From the NCBI GenBank assembly GCA_038205935.1, contig JBBRBK010000031.1:1-22775 (forward strand): a stretch of DNA of 22,775 nucleotides, read 5' to 3'. This DNA is from Campylobacterales bacterium (GTDB lineage: Bacteria; Campylobacterota; Campylobacteria; Campylobacterales; Sulfurimonadaceae). Each line of letters starts with the position of its first letter. Positions within the stretch are counted from its first letter, which is position 1. This document shows positions 8,867-17,222 of the stretch, in pieces. The notes below the pieces were generated by a model. The model was not told where the DNA came from, did no database searches, and saw only the letters and a program-made list of their open reading frames with translations. A program made the position numbers and the translations under genes.

Positions 8867-10540
8867 ATGAAAAAAACAATAGCATTATCACTACTAACAT
8901 CCCTCTCTTTGATGGCAGCAACCCCAATCAACACAGGAGATATCCTCCGTCAAGTAGAACCACTCAAGATGCCAGTTCCTAGTAAAGAACTTCCATCTGT
9001 TGGTTCTGAGTATAAAGCACCACTCGTAGCGCAAGACACTATGAAGACGTATGTAAAATCTTTTACATTCTCAGGTAACACAGTTTTTACTTCAGCAACT
9101 CTTGAAGCTTTAGTAAAAGACTCAGAGAATAAAGAACTAGGTATCAACGGCTTAAAAGAAGTAGCATCCATCATCACTAAGTATTACCGTGACCACGGTT
9201 ACTTCGTAGCTCGCGCTTATATCCCAGCTCAGTCTATGGAGAATGGTGTTATCGAGATAGCAGTTATTGAGGGAACTTACGGAGCTTTCGATATGAAAAA
9301 TAGCTCACATGTAAAGACAAGTGAAGTCCAAGGCTACATGGATCATTTAAAAGGTGGAGAAAGAGTCTCTACTATGACACTAGAACGTCAAATGCTTCTT
9401 ATCAATGACCTTAGCGGAGCACAAGTTACAAACGCTGAAGTCTATCCGGGTCAAGAAGTAGGGACAAGTGATTTTAGAATCACAGTATCTCCAACTCAAA
9501 AATACTCAGGTTACGCTATGGTAGATAACTATGGTTCACGTTACACAGGGGAAGAGAGACTAAACGCAGGTGCAAGTATCAACAGTTTAACTGGAGTAGG
9601 CGATACTCTAACTCTTTCAGGTTTAGTATCTAACACAAGAGATTTGAAAAACGGACGTTTAGCTTATGACCGCCCTCTTGGTTATACAGGTCTTAAAGGC
9701 GGAGTGAGTGTGAGTATTACTGATTATACACTTGCAAAGTTATCAGGAAGTCAAACAGCATCAGGACAATCAAATATCTATAGTGCTTATCTTTCTTATC
9801 CACTTCTTAAAACAAGAGCACATACTACAACAGTAGAACTAGACTTAGATCATAAAGAGATGAGAGATCTTTATACTGGAGCAGATAGCAAAAAGAAAGT
9901 AGATGCCGCAACAGCGAAGATAAGTGATAAAACAAATACAGCCTTCTTTAGTCAAGCTGGAAGTTTATCTTCATCACTTGGTTTGACTGCTGGACGTATT
10001 TATATGGTAAATGCTGATGCAGTTTCAGCAGATACAGCCCTAAACACAGAGGGAACTTACACAAAAGCAACTCTAAGCGCTAACCATACTCAAACACTAA
10101 ACCCACTACTAAATCTTCAAACAACTTTTAAAGCTCAAAAAAGCTTTGGCAAGAACTTAGATTCAAGTGAAGATATCTCTGTAGGTGGAAGCAATGGAGT
10201 AAGAGCGTATGAAGATGCTGAACTAAGTGGAGATCAAGGCTACGCTCTTTCATTTGACCTTGTATATGCACTTCCTCAAGTTGCTCAAGTAAACCATAAC
10301 GCATCTGTATTTATAGACCACGCACAAGTATGGACAAATACAACTATACCAATAGGCACGACACCTAAAAACACAAGAAGTTTAGATGCTCTAGGTATAG
10401 GCTACGCACTTAACTACAAAAACTTCGATCTTAAAGCTACTTACGCTCATGGATTTGGAGGAGAAAGTACACCTGTCTCAGAAGCTGAATTCTCTACATG
10501 TAAGGATAAATTCCTTATTCAGGGGATGATGCGGTTTTAG
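8867..10540 (+). CDS. TpsB outer-membrane transporter (ShlB/FhaC/HecB family)
   Basis: Signal peptide, POTRA motif YYRDHGYFVARAYIPAQ, DNYGSRYTG, loop-6 GGSNGVRAY, terminal F; lies directly after tpsA with AAGGAG SD. Confidence 0.93.
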   Translation: MKKTIALSLLTSLSLMAATPINTGDILRQVEPLKMPVPSKELPSVGSEYKAPLVAQDTMKTYVKSFTFSGNTVFTSATLEALVKDSENKELGINGLKEVASIITKYYRDHGYFVARAYIPAQSMENGVIEIAVIEGTYGAFDMKNSSHVKTSEVQGYMDHLKGGERVSTMTLERQMLLINDLSGAQVTNAEVYPGQEVGTSDFRITVSPTQKYSGYAMVDNYGSRYTGEERLNAGASINSLTGVGDTLTLSGLVSNTRDLKNGRLAYDRPLGYTGLKGGVSVSITDYTLAKLSGSQTASGQSNIYSAYLSYPLLKTRAHTTTVELDLDHKEMRDLYTGADSKKKVDAATAKISDKTNTAFFSQAGSLSSSLGLTAGRIYMVNADAVSADTALNTEGTYTKATLSANHTQTLNPLLNLQTTFKAQKSFGKNLDSSEDISVGGSNGVRAYEDAELSGDQGYALSFDLVYALPQVAQVNHNASVFIDHAQVWTNTTIPIGTTPKNTRSLDALGIGYALNYKNFDLKATYAHGFGGESTPVSEAEFSTCKDKFLIQGMMRF

Positions 10541-10565
10541 AGAGTTTTTTTGCATTTGTAATGGA

Positions 10566-10610
10566 CTTTACATGTAAGCTATTTTAGGCTTACATGAAAG
10601 AGAATTTTTT
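10566..10610 (+). terminator. Hairpin after tpsB (probable intrinsic terminator between convergent genes)
   Basis: CTTTACATGTAAGC-tattttag-GCTTACATGAAAG followed by a T-run; near-copy at 13287-13330. Confidence 0.65.
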
Positions 10611-10617
10611 CGTAAAT

Positions 10618-10794
10618 TTAAACTGCTTTATAAGCTTGAGGTTCAGTTTGAGTAATCGTTCCATCTGGTAGTTGAAAATAGAGTATTTTATTTTTGCTAT
10701 ACACATTCGCAATACCTTGAGCTAAACTCTCTTTTTGTGCTTCTTTTACAGCTTTGGTAGCTATTTTTAATATTTTTTTTTCAAATTCACCCAT
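10618..10794 (-). CDS. 58-aa small protein coupled to the second zeta-like ATPase (absent from the ORF track)
   Basis: MGEFEKKILKIATKAVKEAQKESLAQGIANVYSKNKILYFQLPDGTITQTEPQAYKAV*; ATG overlaps the upstream gene end, with AGGAG SD. Confidence 0.75.
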   Translation of the reverse strand: MGEFEKKILKIATKAVKEAQKESLAQGIANVYSKNKILYFQLPDGTITQTEPQAYKAV

Positions 10795-11347
10795 TATCTA
10801 CTCCTTCTAAATATAATTTCATTAGCTCTTCATCAAATATTTCATTCGCATCTGCAACTATTTCAAAATTATCATCACCATTAAAAAATAAAAGCCATTT
10901 ATCTGACATATCTTTGTATATATTCCAAAATAATTTTCTACTTCTATGGTATCTTCTTATAATATCTTCTTGGGGGACATTGTGCCCACCTTTTAAAACT
11001 CTATTTTTAACTCTATAAATATTTTCTTTTTGAGTTTCTAAAAAGAGATATATTATGGTTACATCAAAAGATTGTTTTTTAGCTTCGTTGATAACTTTTA
11101 TAAGATATTTCCCTGACATTGTAGTTTCGATTATAAAAGAATCTTCTTCTTTGAGTGACTTATCTAGCTCATAAAAGAACTCTTTTCCTGCTTTAACTTT
11201 ATACTTTTGAATATCATTTGGATCATATTTTTTTGCTATTTCATCTGCATTAATAAATTTTAAATTATCAAGCTCAGCAAAATTAAGAGCAAATGTAGTT
11301 TTTCCACTACCATTTGCACCAGCAATTATATAAAATGTTTTACGCAT
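10787..11347 (-). CDS. Zeta-toxin-like / COG4185-type P-loop ATPase
   Basis: IIAGANGSGKTT, FINADEIA, FIIETTMSG, RVKNRVLKGGHNVP; GAGGA SD. Confidence 0.85.
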   Translation of the reverse strand: MRKTFYIIAGANGSGKTTFALNFAELDNLKFINADEIAKKYDPNDIQKYKVKAGKEFFYELDKSLKEEDSFIIETTMSGKYLIKVINEAKKQSFDVTIIYLFLETQKENIYRVKNRVLKGGHNVPQEDIIRRYHRSRKLFWNIYKDMSDKWLLFFNGDDNFEIVADANEIFDEELMKLYLEGVDNG

Positions 11348-11395
11348 TTATAATCCTCAAATTGTCTGTTATTGTAGCTAAATAGTACTTTTGTT

Positions 11396-11656
11396 CTACA
11401 AATATATTGAATCTTTAGATGTATATTTTTTCATAGAAATAGTAAACTCAACACCACCATTTAAATTTTTTACTGCGACAGTACCGTTTAGGCGGTCATT
11501 TACGAGCATTTTAACCATTGCTAGCCCTATACCACTGCCTTGTTTATTCTCTTTTGAAGTGATAAAATAATCAAATATTTTTTCAATAGTTTCTATCTTA
11601 ATACCACCCGCATTGTCAGTGTATGTTAGTATAAAAGTATCTTCTTCGGATTTTAC
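11396..11656 (-). pseudogene. Histidine kinase HATPase_c C-terminal fragment
   Basis: VKSEEDTFILTYTDNAGGIKIETIEKIFDYFITSKENKQGSGIGLAMVKMLVNDRLNGTVAVKNLNGGVEFTI...; no N-terminal part. Confidence 0.85.
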
Positions 11657-11681
11657 TCGTTCCCACGATTTTCGTGGGAAT
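11656..11681. repeat. REP-like GC-rich hairpin, probable terminator of the upstream ATPase gene
   Basis: CTCG-TTCCCACGA-ttt-TCGTGGGAA-T, about 10 nt below the stop at 11690. Confidence 0.6.
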
Positions 11682-11689
11682 AGATAAGC

Positions 11690-13222
11690 CTAAACCTGCA
11701 CCCACTCCACTTTAGAAATATTTCTCATCTTTGTATCAAACTCAATGCCAACTAGAAATATTTCTCTACCATCAGAGAGATACTTTTCATGATATTTTTT
11801 CTCTTTTATCTGCTCAAGAGCACTTGTGCCATCAACTTTAAATTCAATGATATATATAAAATTTGACAACTTTAAAGTCAAATCAATTCTTCCTTTGTTT
11901 GTCACATCTTCACCAACTAACTCAATGCCTAAAGCTTTTAGGTATGAGTAAAAGACACTTACATAATAACCCTCATATTCGTACATTTTATTGTTGGTAA
12001 AGAGGTTGTAAGGGATAGAAGCGAAGAGGGATTTGAATGTTTTTTCAAATGAGGCAAAATTTGCTGTTGCAAGGGATTCATATACATCACCTTTTAAGAG
12101 TGTCGTATTATCTATTTTGCTCATAAAATCAGCAATGCTTCCTAAAAGAGAGAGCCTAACTTCTTGGTTTGGAATACCTAGATGATATTTTGGTGTACCA
12201 TCATAGTTTTCAGTAACTTCACTAATTGTCAAATACCCAGTCTGCCACATGAGCGTCTCAAGCTCTATATAATCCACATCAAAGCTGTTGAGCATCATCT
12301 CATCTTTTACTATGTTTTCTAAGTTTGGCAGGAAGTAGTTATTTTTCTCTATAAGCTTTAAAAGAAATGTTGGAGTTGCGGTTGAGAACCAGTAGTTTTG
12401 ATATCTAAAGTTTTTATCTATAAAAAGAAGTATGTCAAAAGGGTTATAAACGCCCTCTCCTAAAAATTTATAACCGTTATACCACTCTTTTATCTTGTTA
12501 AAATCTTGACCCTTTAGATGCTCTGCAAATACCGTCTCTACATCGTTTTGAGTGTAACCACAAATAGTAGAGTATTTTTCATCAAGTGTAATATCATTAA
12601 TGTTGTTAAGCCCTGAAAACAAGCTTACTTTAGAGAACTTTGAAACGCCTGTTATGAAAACAAATTTGAGATACTCATCTGCGCCTTTTATAACGCTATA
12701 AAAGTTTTTAAGGCTTTCTCTTCTTAGCTTTGCTTCTTGCAGATTTTCTATATTATCTAAGATTGGCTTGTCGTACTCATCTACTAAAATCACTACTTTT
12801 TGCTTATGTTTGGTATAGGCTTGATAAATTAGCTCTCTAAAACATCCCTCAATAGATAAATCACTCTCACATGTAACATCTAAATCTCTTTGATTGATTT
12901 TCATAATTTCATAAAGAGTTTGGTTAAAAGCCTCTTGTGTTTTAAAACTTCCATCATTAAAACTTATGCGAACAACGGGATATTTTATAAACTCATACCC
13001 ATTGTTACCTACATGTAAATCTTTAAAAATCTCTTTATCACCACTAAAGATAGTTCGCAAAGTATCAAGAAATAGGCTTTTTCCAAATCTTCTAGGACGG
13101 GAGAGGAAATAGTATTGTCCATTTTCTATGAGACTTTGCGCAATATCTGTTTTATCTACATAGAGATAACCTTCTTCAAGAATTGTTTTTAAAGTTGAAA
13201 TGCCAATCGGTAATTTTTTCAT
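11690..13222 (-). CDS. AAA-ATPase-like domain + PD-(D/E)XK nuclease (DUF1703/PDDEXK_9 type)
   Basis: MKKLPIGI, YVDKT, RPRRFGKS, ILVDEYDKP; C-terminal E...GRIDL...IIEFK. Confidence 0.9.
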   Translation of the reverse strand: MKKLPIGISTLKTILEEGYLYVDKTDIAQSLIENGQYYFLSRPRRFGKSLFLDTLRTIFSGDKEIFKDLHVGNNGYEFIKYPVVRISFNDGSFKTQEAFNQTLYEIMKINQRDLDVTCESDLSIEGCFRELIYQAYTKHKQKVVILVDEYDKPILDNIENLQEAKLRRESLKNFYSVIKGADEYLKFVFITGVSKFSKVSLFSGLNNINDITLDEKYSTICGYTQNDVETVFAEHLKGQDFNKIKEWYNGYKFLGEGVYNPFDILLFIDKNFRYQNYWFSTATPTFLLKLIEKNNYFLPNLENIVKDEMMLNSFDVDYIELETLMWQTGYLTISEVTENYDGTPKYHLGIPNQEVRLSLLGSIADFMSKIDNTTLLKGDVYESLATANFASFEKTFKSLFASIPYNLFTNNKMYEYEGYYVSVFYSYLKALGIELVGEDVTNKGRIDLTLKLSNFIYIIEFKVDGTSALEQIKEKKYHEKYLSDGREIFLVGIEFDTKMRNISKVEWVQV

Positions 13223-13286
13223 ATTTTTACACCTTTTTTATCATCTGTAATTTTAGCATAGAAACTATTGAAAACTTTGGTGATGA

Positions 13287-13391
13287 TTCTACATGTAGGT
13301 TATTTTAGGCTTAAATGTAGAGTAGTTTTTATTTGAATTTTTTACACAATTCTACTGATTGAACATCACATTAGCGTCACATTGAGATTTC
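13287..13391 (+). repeat. Orphan copy of the tpsB terminator joined to a copy of the tpsA upstream region
   Basis: 13290-13317 matches 10569-10596 at 25/28 nt; 13359-13391 is identical to 6161-6193; TTTTTACACAATT is also shared upstream of it. Confidence 0.85.
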
Positions 13392-13416
13392 TTTTATTTG
13401 TAATATTTCGTACAAA

Positions 13417-13425
13417 TGATATAAT
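13417..13425 (+). promoter_or_regulatory. Extended -10 promoter TGATATAAT for the 13456 gene
   Basis: TGnTATAAT 30 nt before the ATG; AAAGG SD. Confidence 0.65.
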
Positions 13426-13455
13426 AACGAAATATATAACGATAAAAGGCTTCAA

Positions 13456-14919
13456 ATGATAGGAAGAGTAGAAGAATTGGAAATCTTATCAAATGCTTGT
13501 GACTCAGATGAAAGTAAGCTTATCGCTGTTTATGGCAGAAGAAGAATAGGTAAAACATACCTTATCAATCACATGTTTAGCGAGCATAAAAAGGATTGTC
13601 TATTTTTTAGATTTACAGGTTCTTATATGCTTGATAGTTCTGTGCAGCTAAACAACTTTGTTGAAGCTATTTATGACTGGTTTAAGTGTGAACCACTGAG
13701 CGCAATTGATAACTGGATGAGTGCTTTTACTTTTTTGAAACGGACACTCCAGCAAGAACAAAAAGCAAATCAAAAAGTTGTCCTATTTTTAGATGAGATT
13801 CCTTGGATTGATAAAAAAGACAATAGCGGTTTCATAGGAGCTTTAGGGCATTTTTGGAATGAGTTTGCACAAAACAATAAAAATATTGTACTGATACTCT
13901 GTGGCTCTAACTCCTCTTGGATAAAAAATAAGATTTTTGAAGATAGTAGTGGTCCACTTTACCAAAGATTAGATATAAAAATCCATCTCAAACCATTTGA
14001 CTTGAAAGAGACAAAAGAGTATTTGCTTCATGAGAAAAAATTTACCATCGATGATAAAACAGTAGCTGAGACTTACATGGTTTTTGGCGGTGTAGCAAAA
14101 TATTTGAGCTTGCTCGATGCCACAAAAACGATAGCGCAAAATATTGATGAACTTATATTTAATATAGATGGACATCTGAATAAAGAGTATGGCGAAGTTT
14201 TAAAATCTCTTTTTGACAATAAAGCATCATACTACTCCCAAATTATTGAAGTTCTTAGTCAAAAGCAAAGTGGCTTGACACAAACCCAAATCGTAAAAGC
14301 CTTAGGTGAAAAAAGTGGTTCAAAGATTAAAGATGCCATAGAAGAGCTTAGTGAAGCAGGATTTATTCAAGGTCTTAGTAAGATAGGCTCTAAAATAAAT
14401 ACGCAATATATTATAAGTGACCCGTTTGTACTTTTTTACAATAAATGGATGAAGAAATTTAGTAAAAATGAGCTCATCTCTTTACAAAAACCATATTTTA
14501 GTAGCGTTATAGGTTCACAAACCTACACTATCTGGAGCGGATTTGCATTTGAGATTCTTTGTATTATAAATATCGATTTATATTTAAAAACAAGAATGAC
14601 AAAAGGTCTTGCAAAGAGTTATGGATACTGGAGTTATGCAGGAAATGAAGAAGAAAAAGGTGCGCAAATTGATTTTGTTGTGGAGTATGAAAACAGTGTT
14701 TATGACATCGTAGAGTGTAAATTTTATAATAAAGAGTTCTCTATATCAAAAGAGTATAAAGAAAACTTACTGCATAAAATAGAGATGTTTAAAAATCATG
14801 CACTCAAAGGCAAGTATGATATAAAACTCATAATGCTTTCATCCTATGGCTGTGAGAAAAACACTCACTTCAATAGTCTCAACATTACGCAAGATATTTC
14901 ACTAAAAATTCCACTGTAA
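13456..14919 (+). CDS. Archaeal-ATPase-type (ATPase_2) NTPase + winged helix + DUF234-like PD-(D/E)XK domain
   Basis: MIGRVEEL, VYGRRRIGKT, LFLDEIPW, LILCGS, FGGV, GFAFE, QIDF...IVECK. Confidence 0.88.
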   Translation: MIGRVEELEILSNACDSDESKLIAVYGRRRIGKTYLINHMFSEHKKDCLFFRFTGSYMLDSSVQLNNFVEAIYDWFKCEPLSAIDNWMSAFTFLKRTLQQEQKANQKVVLFLDEIPWIDKKDNSGFIGALGHFWNEFAQNNKNIVLILCGSNSSWIKNKIFEDSSGPLYQRLDIKIHLKPFDLKETKEYLLHEKKFTIDDKTVAETYMVFGGVAKYLSLLDATKTIAQNIDELIFNIDGHLNKEYGEVLKSLFDNKASYYSQIIEVLSQKQSGLTQTQIVKALGEKSGSKIKDAIEELSEAGFIQGLSKIGSKINTQYIISDPFVLFYNKWMKKFSKNELISLQKPYFSSVIGSQTYTIWSGFAFEILCIINIDLYLKTRMTKGLAKSYGYWSYAGNEEEKGAQIDFVVEYENSVYDIVECKFYNKEFSISKEYKENLLHKIEMFKNHALKGKYDIKLIMLSSYGCEKNTHFNSLNITQDISLKIPL

Positions 14920-15188
14920 TCGTAGCGTTGTTTGATGATTCGTTTTAAAACCGTTTTCTATTTGTAAGTCTTGAGCATGTCGCAGAATAATCTGAGTTCC
15001 ATACAAAAATATGGCTCCACCAAATATTAGCTTGGAGTTGTTAGGTTCATCATTTTGTCCGACATCATTAACAAAAGTTTCACCGCCTCGATTGATTTGG
15101 TAACCTGCAAAAATTCCAACAATTGGAATGGGGCGATAGCGAAGATAACTTGTCAAGGCAAAGCTCGGATCTTGTTTTATTTTTTTAC
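14902..15188 (-). pseudogene. C-terminal fragment of a paralog of the 2516 beta-barrel
   Basis: KKIKQDPSFALTSYLRYRP...LRLQWNF is collinear with 2516-2802; the 5' two thirds are missing. Confidence 0.9.
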
Positions 15189-15266
15189 TATGATGATCGC
15201 TTATCTCCAACAGTTGATCAATCTCTTGAAAAAAGTTCTAGAAGGGGACTTGTTCAGAAGTCTCGA

Positions 15267-17222
15267 TTAAATTACGAGTTTAAACAAAGCTCCGTCTGCG
15301 CTATTTTTTACGCTTATCTTGCCATCAAGTCTATTTTCAACAAGTGTTTTACACATTGCTAACCCCAGTCCGCTACTTTTTGTCTTACTCGATACAAAAG
15401 TTTCAAAAATAGAATCAATCGGAGTTATCTCAATGCCGCCACCATTATCTGAAACCTCTATAACTATTTGTCCACTCTCATCTGGTGCAATGCTTATTTT
15501 GATGAAAGCTTCTGATATTTCTCTTTTTTCAAAAATATCCAGAGAGTTTTCTATAAGTATCATCATAACATTAGCAAATGCGCTTTTATATCCAAAATAG
15601 TGTAGTTCAGAGTCAACATTCAAATCAATTGTAACCTGCATCAATGCTATGTTCTCATGAAGCATGTTGAGGATGTGATTTATCTCTTCTTTGATTTTAA
15701 AGTGCTCTTTTTTGGATGAAAATTGATAAAACTCATTAAAATTCTTCATTGTTGCAGACATAAAATTGAGACTATTCCTCATCTTTGTGCTTATATCATG
15801 AAGCAGTTCATCTTTGTTACCTGTTTTAAAAAGGTACGCTTCAAGAGAGGTTGTAAGTAAGCTTATATGCGCAAGTGGTGTTTTGTATTGGTGAGAAATG
15901 TTTGCTATGGCTTTGCCCGTGTTTACAAAACTCGATTGTGCAACTAAAGTGGCAAAAGATTCATGAAGTTTTTTTGACATAGTGTTAAATGATTCACCGA
16001 GATTATTTAATTCACTGATATTTGTATTGTTGTTGATTTGAATATTAAAGTTACCATCACTAATTTTTTTGCTATGTTGATTTAACTCTTCTATGGGTTG
16101 TGCTAGTCTAGTTGAGAGTTTTACTAAAATAAGCAGAGCAGCCAAGATAAACAAAAACATTATAATTCCTGCCACTTTCATATCTTGCAGAAATGTGCTG
16201 ATATAATCTTTTTCCGCAAGCATTACACCTACTCTGAGCGATAAACCATATTTGTCTTTAAAGACTTTTTGATTGAGTAAATAGGTTTCATTATCTATAT
16301 CCAAAAATAAACTACCTTCATTTTTATCCAATTTATTCCAAAAAGTTTTGACGCTATTGAGCCTTTTATCGCTAGATGTGCCAAGGTTATATCTGATAAA
16401 TTCTCCATTTTTTATCTCATATACGGCTTCTTTTGAAGTACTGGCGATGAGTTGCCCATCTTCTTGTGCTATGAAAGCCACACCGTTATCTCCAAGATTG
16501 AGCGTTTTGAGATAGTCTGAGATTGCATCAAGTGCCAAATCTGCTGTAAAAACACCTATCAGTGTTGCATTTTTATCATAAATGGGTGATGAAACACCAA
16601 TCCCCATCATATTGTAAGGAGCATAACTATAAACACTATACCAACTCATCGATTTTTGCATCTGCGCTTTAAGAAACCAAGGTCGTTTTGTCGCATCAAA
16701 GAGTTTCCCTGTAGTGATTTTTTTATCTTGACTGTTTTTGTTCGTCACTGTATAGGTATCTAAGGTATTATTATCCGACTTTTGCGCAATCATAAGGTTA
16801 ATATCATTGCTTATCGGTAATCTTGTTGCACCGACATACTCACCTTGTGCATTTCCAAAAGAGACAAATGTAAGATAAGGAACATGTTTAATTTGTGTTA
16901 TAAAATGCGCTTGCAGTTTTTCAAAAGAGTCTGTATTTAGTTCTCCTATCTCTGCTTGTTCAGTATTGATGGCTGTTACCGCTGTTGCTTTTACAAAAAA
17001 TTGTTCAAGCTGTATTAAAACACGATAGCTAATCTCTTGAGCAAGAATTTGTTCATATTTTTTTATAGATTTTTGTGCAGAAAAATAGCTAAATATGCTA
17101 AAAAAGAGTGCCATAAAAACAAAAAGTATTAAAAAGTTTAAGAGTATATAATGGCGAATCGAAAGCACACGAGGCTTTAAAAAATCAAAACTTAGCTTAC
17201 TAAGAGATGACACGATAACCAA
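15267..17222 (-). CDS. Cache-HAMP sensor histidine kinase (start uncertain; GTG 17168 is possible)
   Basis: TM - dCache-like (FDATKRPWF) - TM - HAMP (PIEEL...ELNNLGESFNTM) - HQYKTPL - DNGGG - GLGL. Confidence 0.88.
   Translation of the reverse strand: MVIVSSLSKLSFDFLKPRVLSIRHYILLNFLILFVFMALFFSIFSYFSAQKSIKKYEQILAQEISYRVLIQLEQFFVKATAVTAINTEQAEIGELNTDSFEKLQAHFITQIKHVPYLTFVSFGNAQGEYVGATRLPISNDINLMIAQKSDNNTLDTYTVTNKNSQDKKITTGKLFDATKRPWFLKAQMQKSMSWYSVYSYAPYNMMGIGVSSPIYDKNATLIGVFTADLALDAISDYLKTLNLGDNGVAFIAQEDGQLIASTSKEAVYEIKNGEFIRYNLGTSSDKRLNSVKTFWNKLDKNEGSLFLDIDNETYLLNQKVFKDKYGLSLRVGVMLAEKDYISTFLQDMKVAGIIMFLFILAALLILVKLSTRLAQPIEELNQHSKKISDGNFNIQINNNTNISELNNLGESFNTMSKKLHESFATLVAQSSFVNTGKAIANISHQYKTPLAHISLLTTSLEAYLFKTGNKDELLHDISTKMRNSLNFMSATMKNFNEFYQFSSKKEHFKIKEEINHILNMLHENIALMQVTIDLNVDSELHYFGYKSAFANVMMILIENSLDIFEKREISEAFIKISIAPDESGQIVIEVSDNGGGIEITPIDSIFETFVSSKTKSSGLGLAMCKTLVENRLDGKISVKNSADGALFKLVI

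Noticed and set aside
11580..13274. 17-bp inverted match ATAGAAACTATTGAAAA around the AAA-nuclease gene
   Set aside because: AT-rich, and one copy lies inside kinase coding sequence; plausible by chance.
10566..13322. The two hairpin copies as recombinase core sites flanking an excisable cassette
   Set aside because: Substitutions keep G.U RNA pairing and T-tracts follow, which fits terminators better; not fully excluded.
15189..15266. Spacer beginning GAGACTTCTGAACAAG (minus strand) as an IS end
   Set aside because: No partner repeat or transposase; too short to call.
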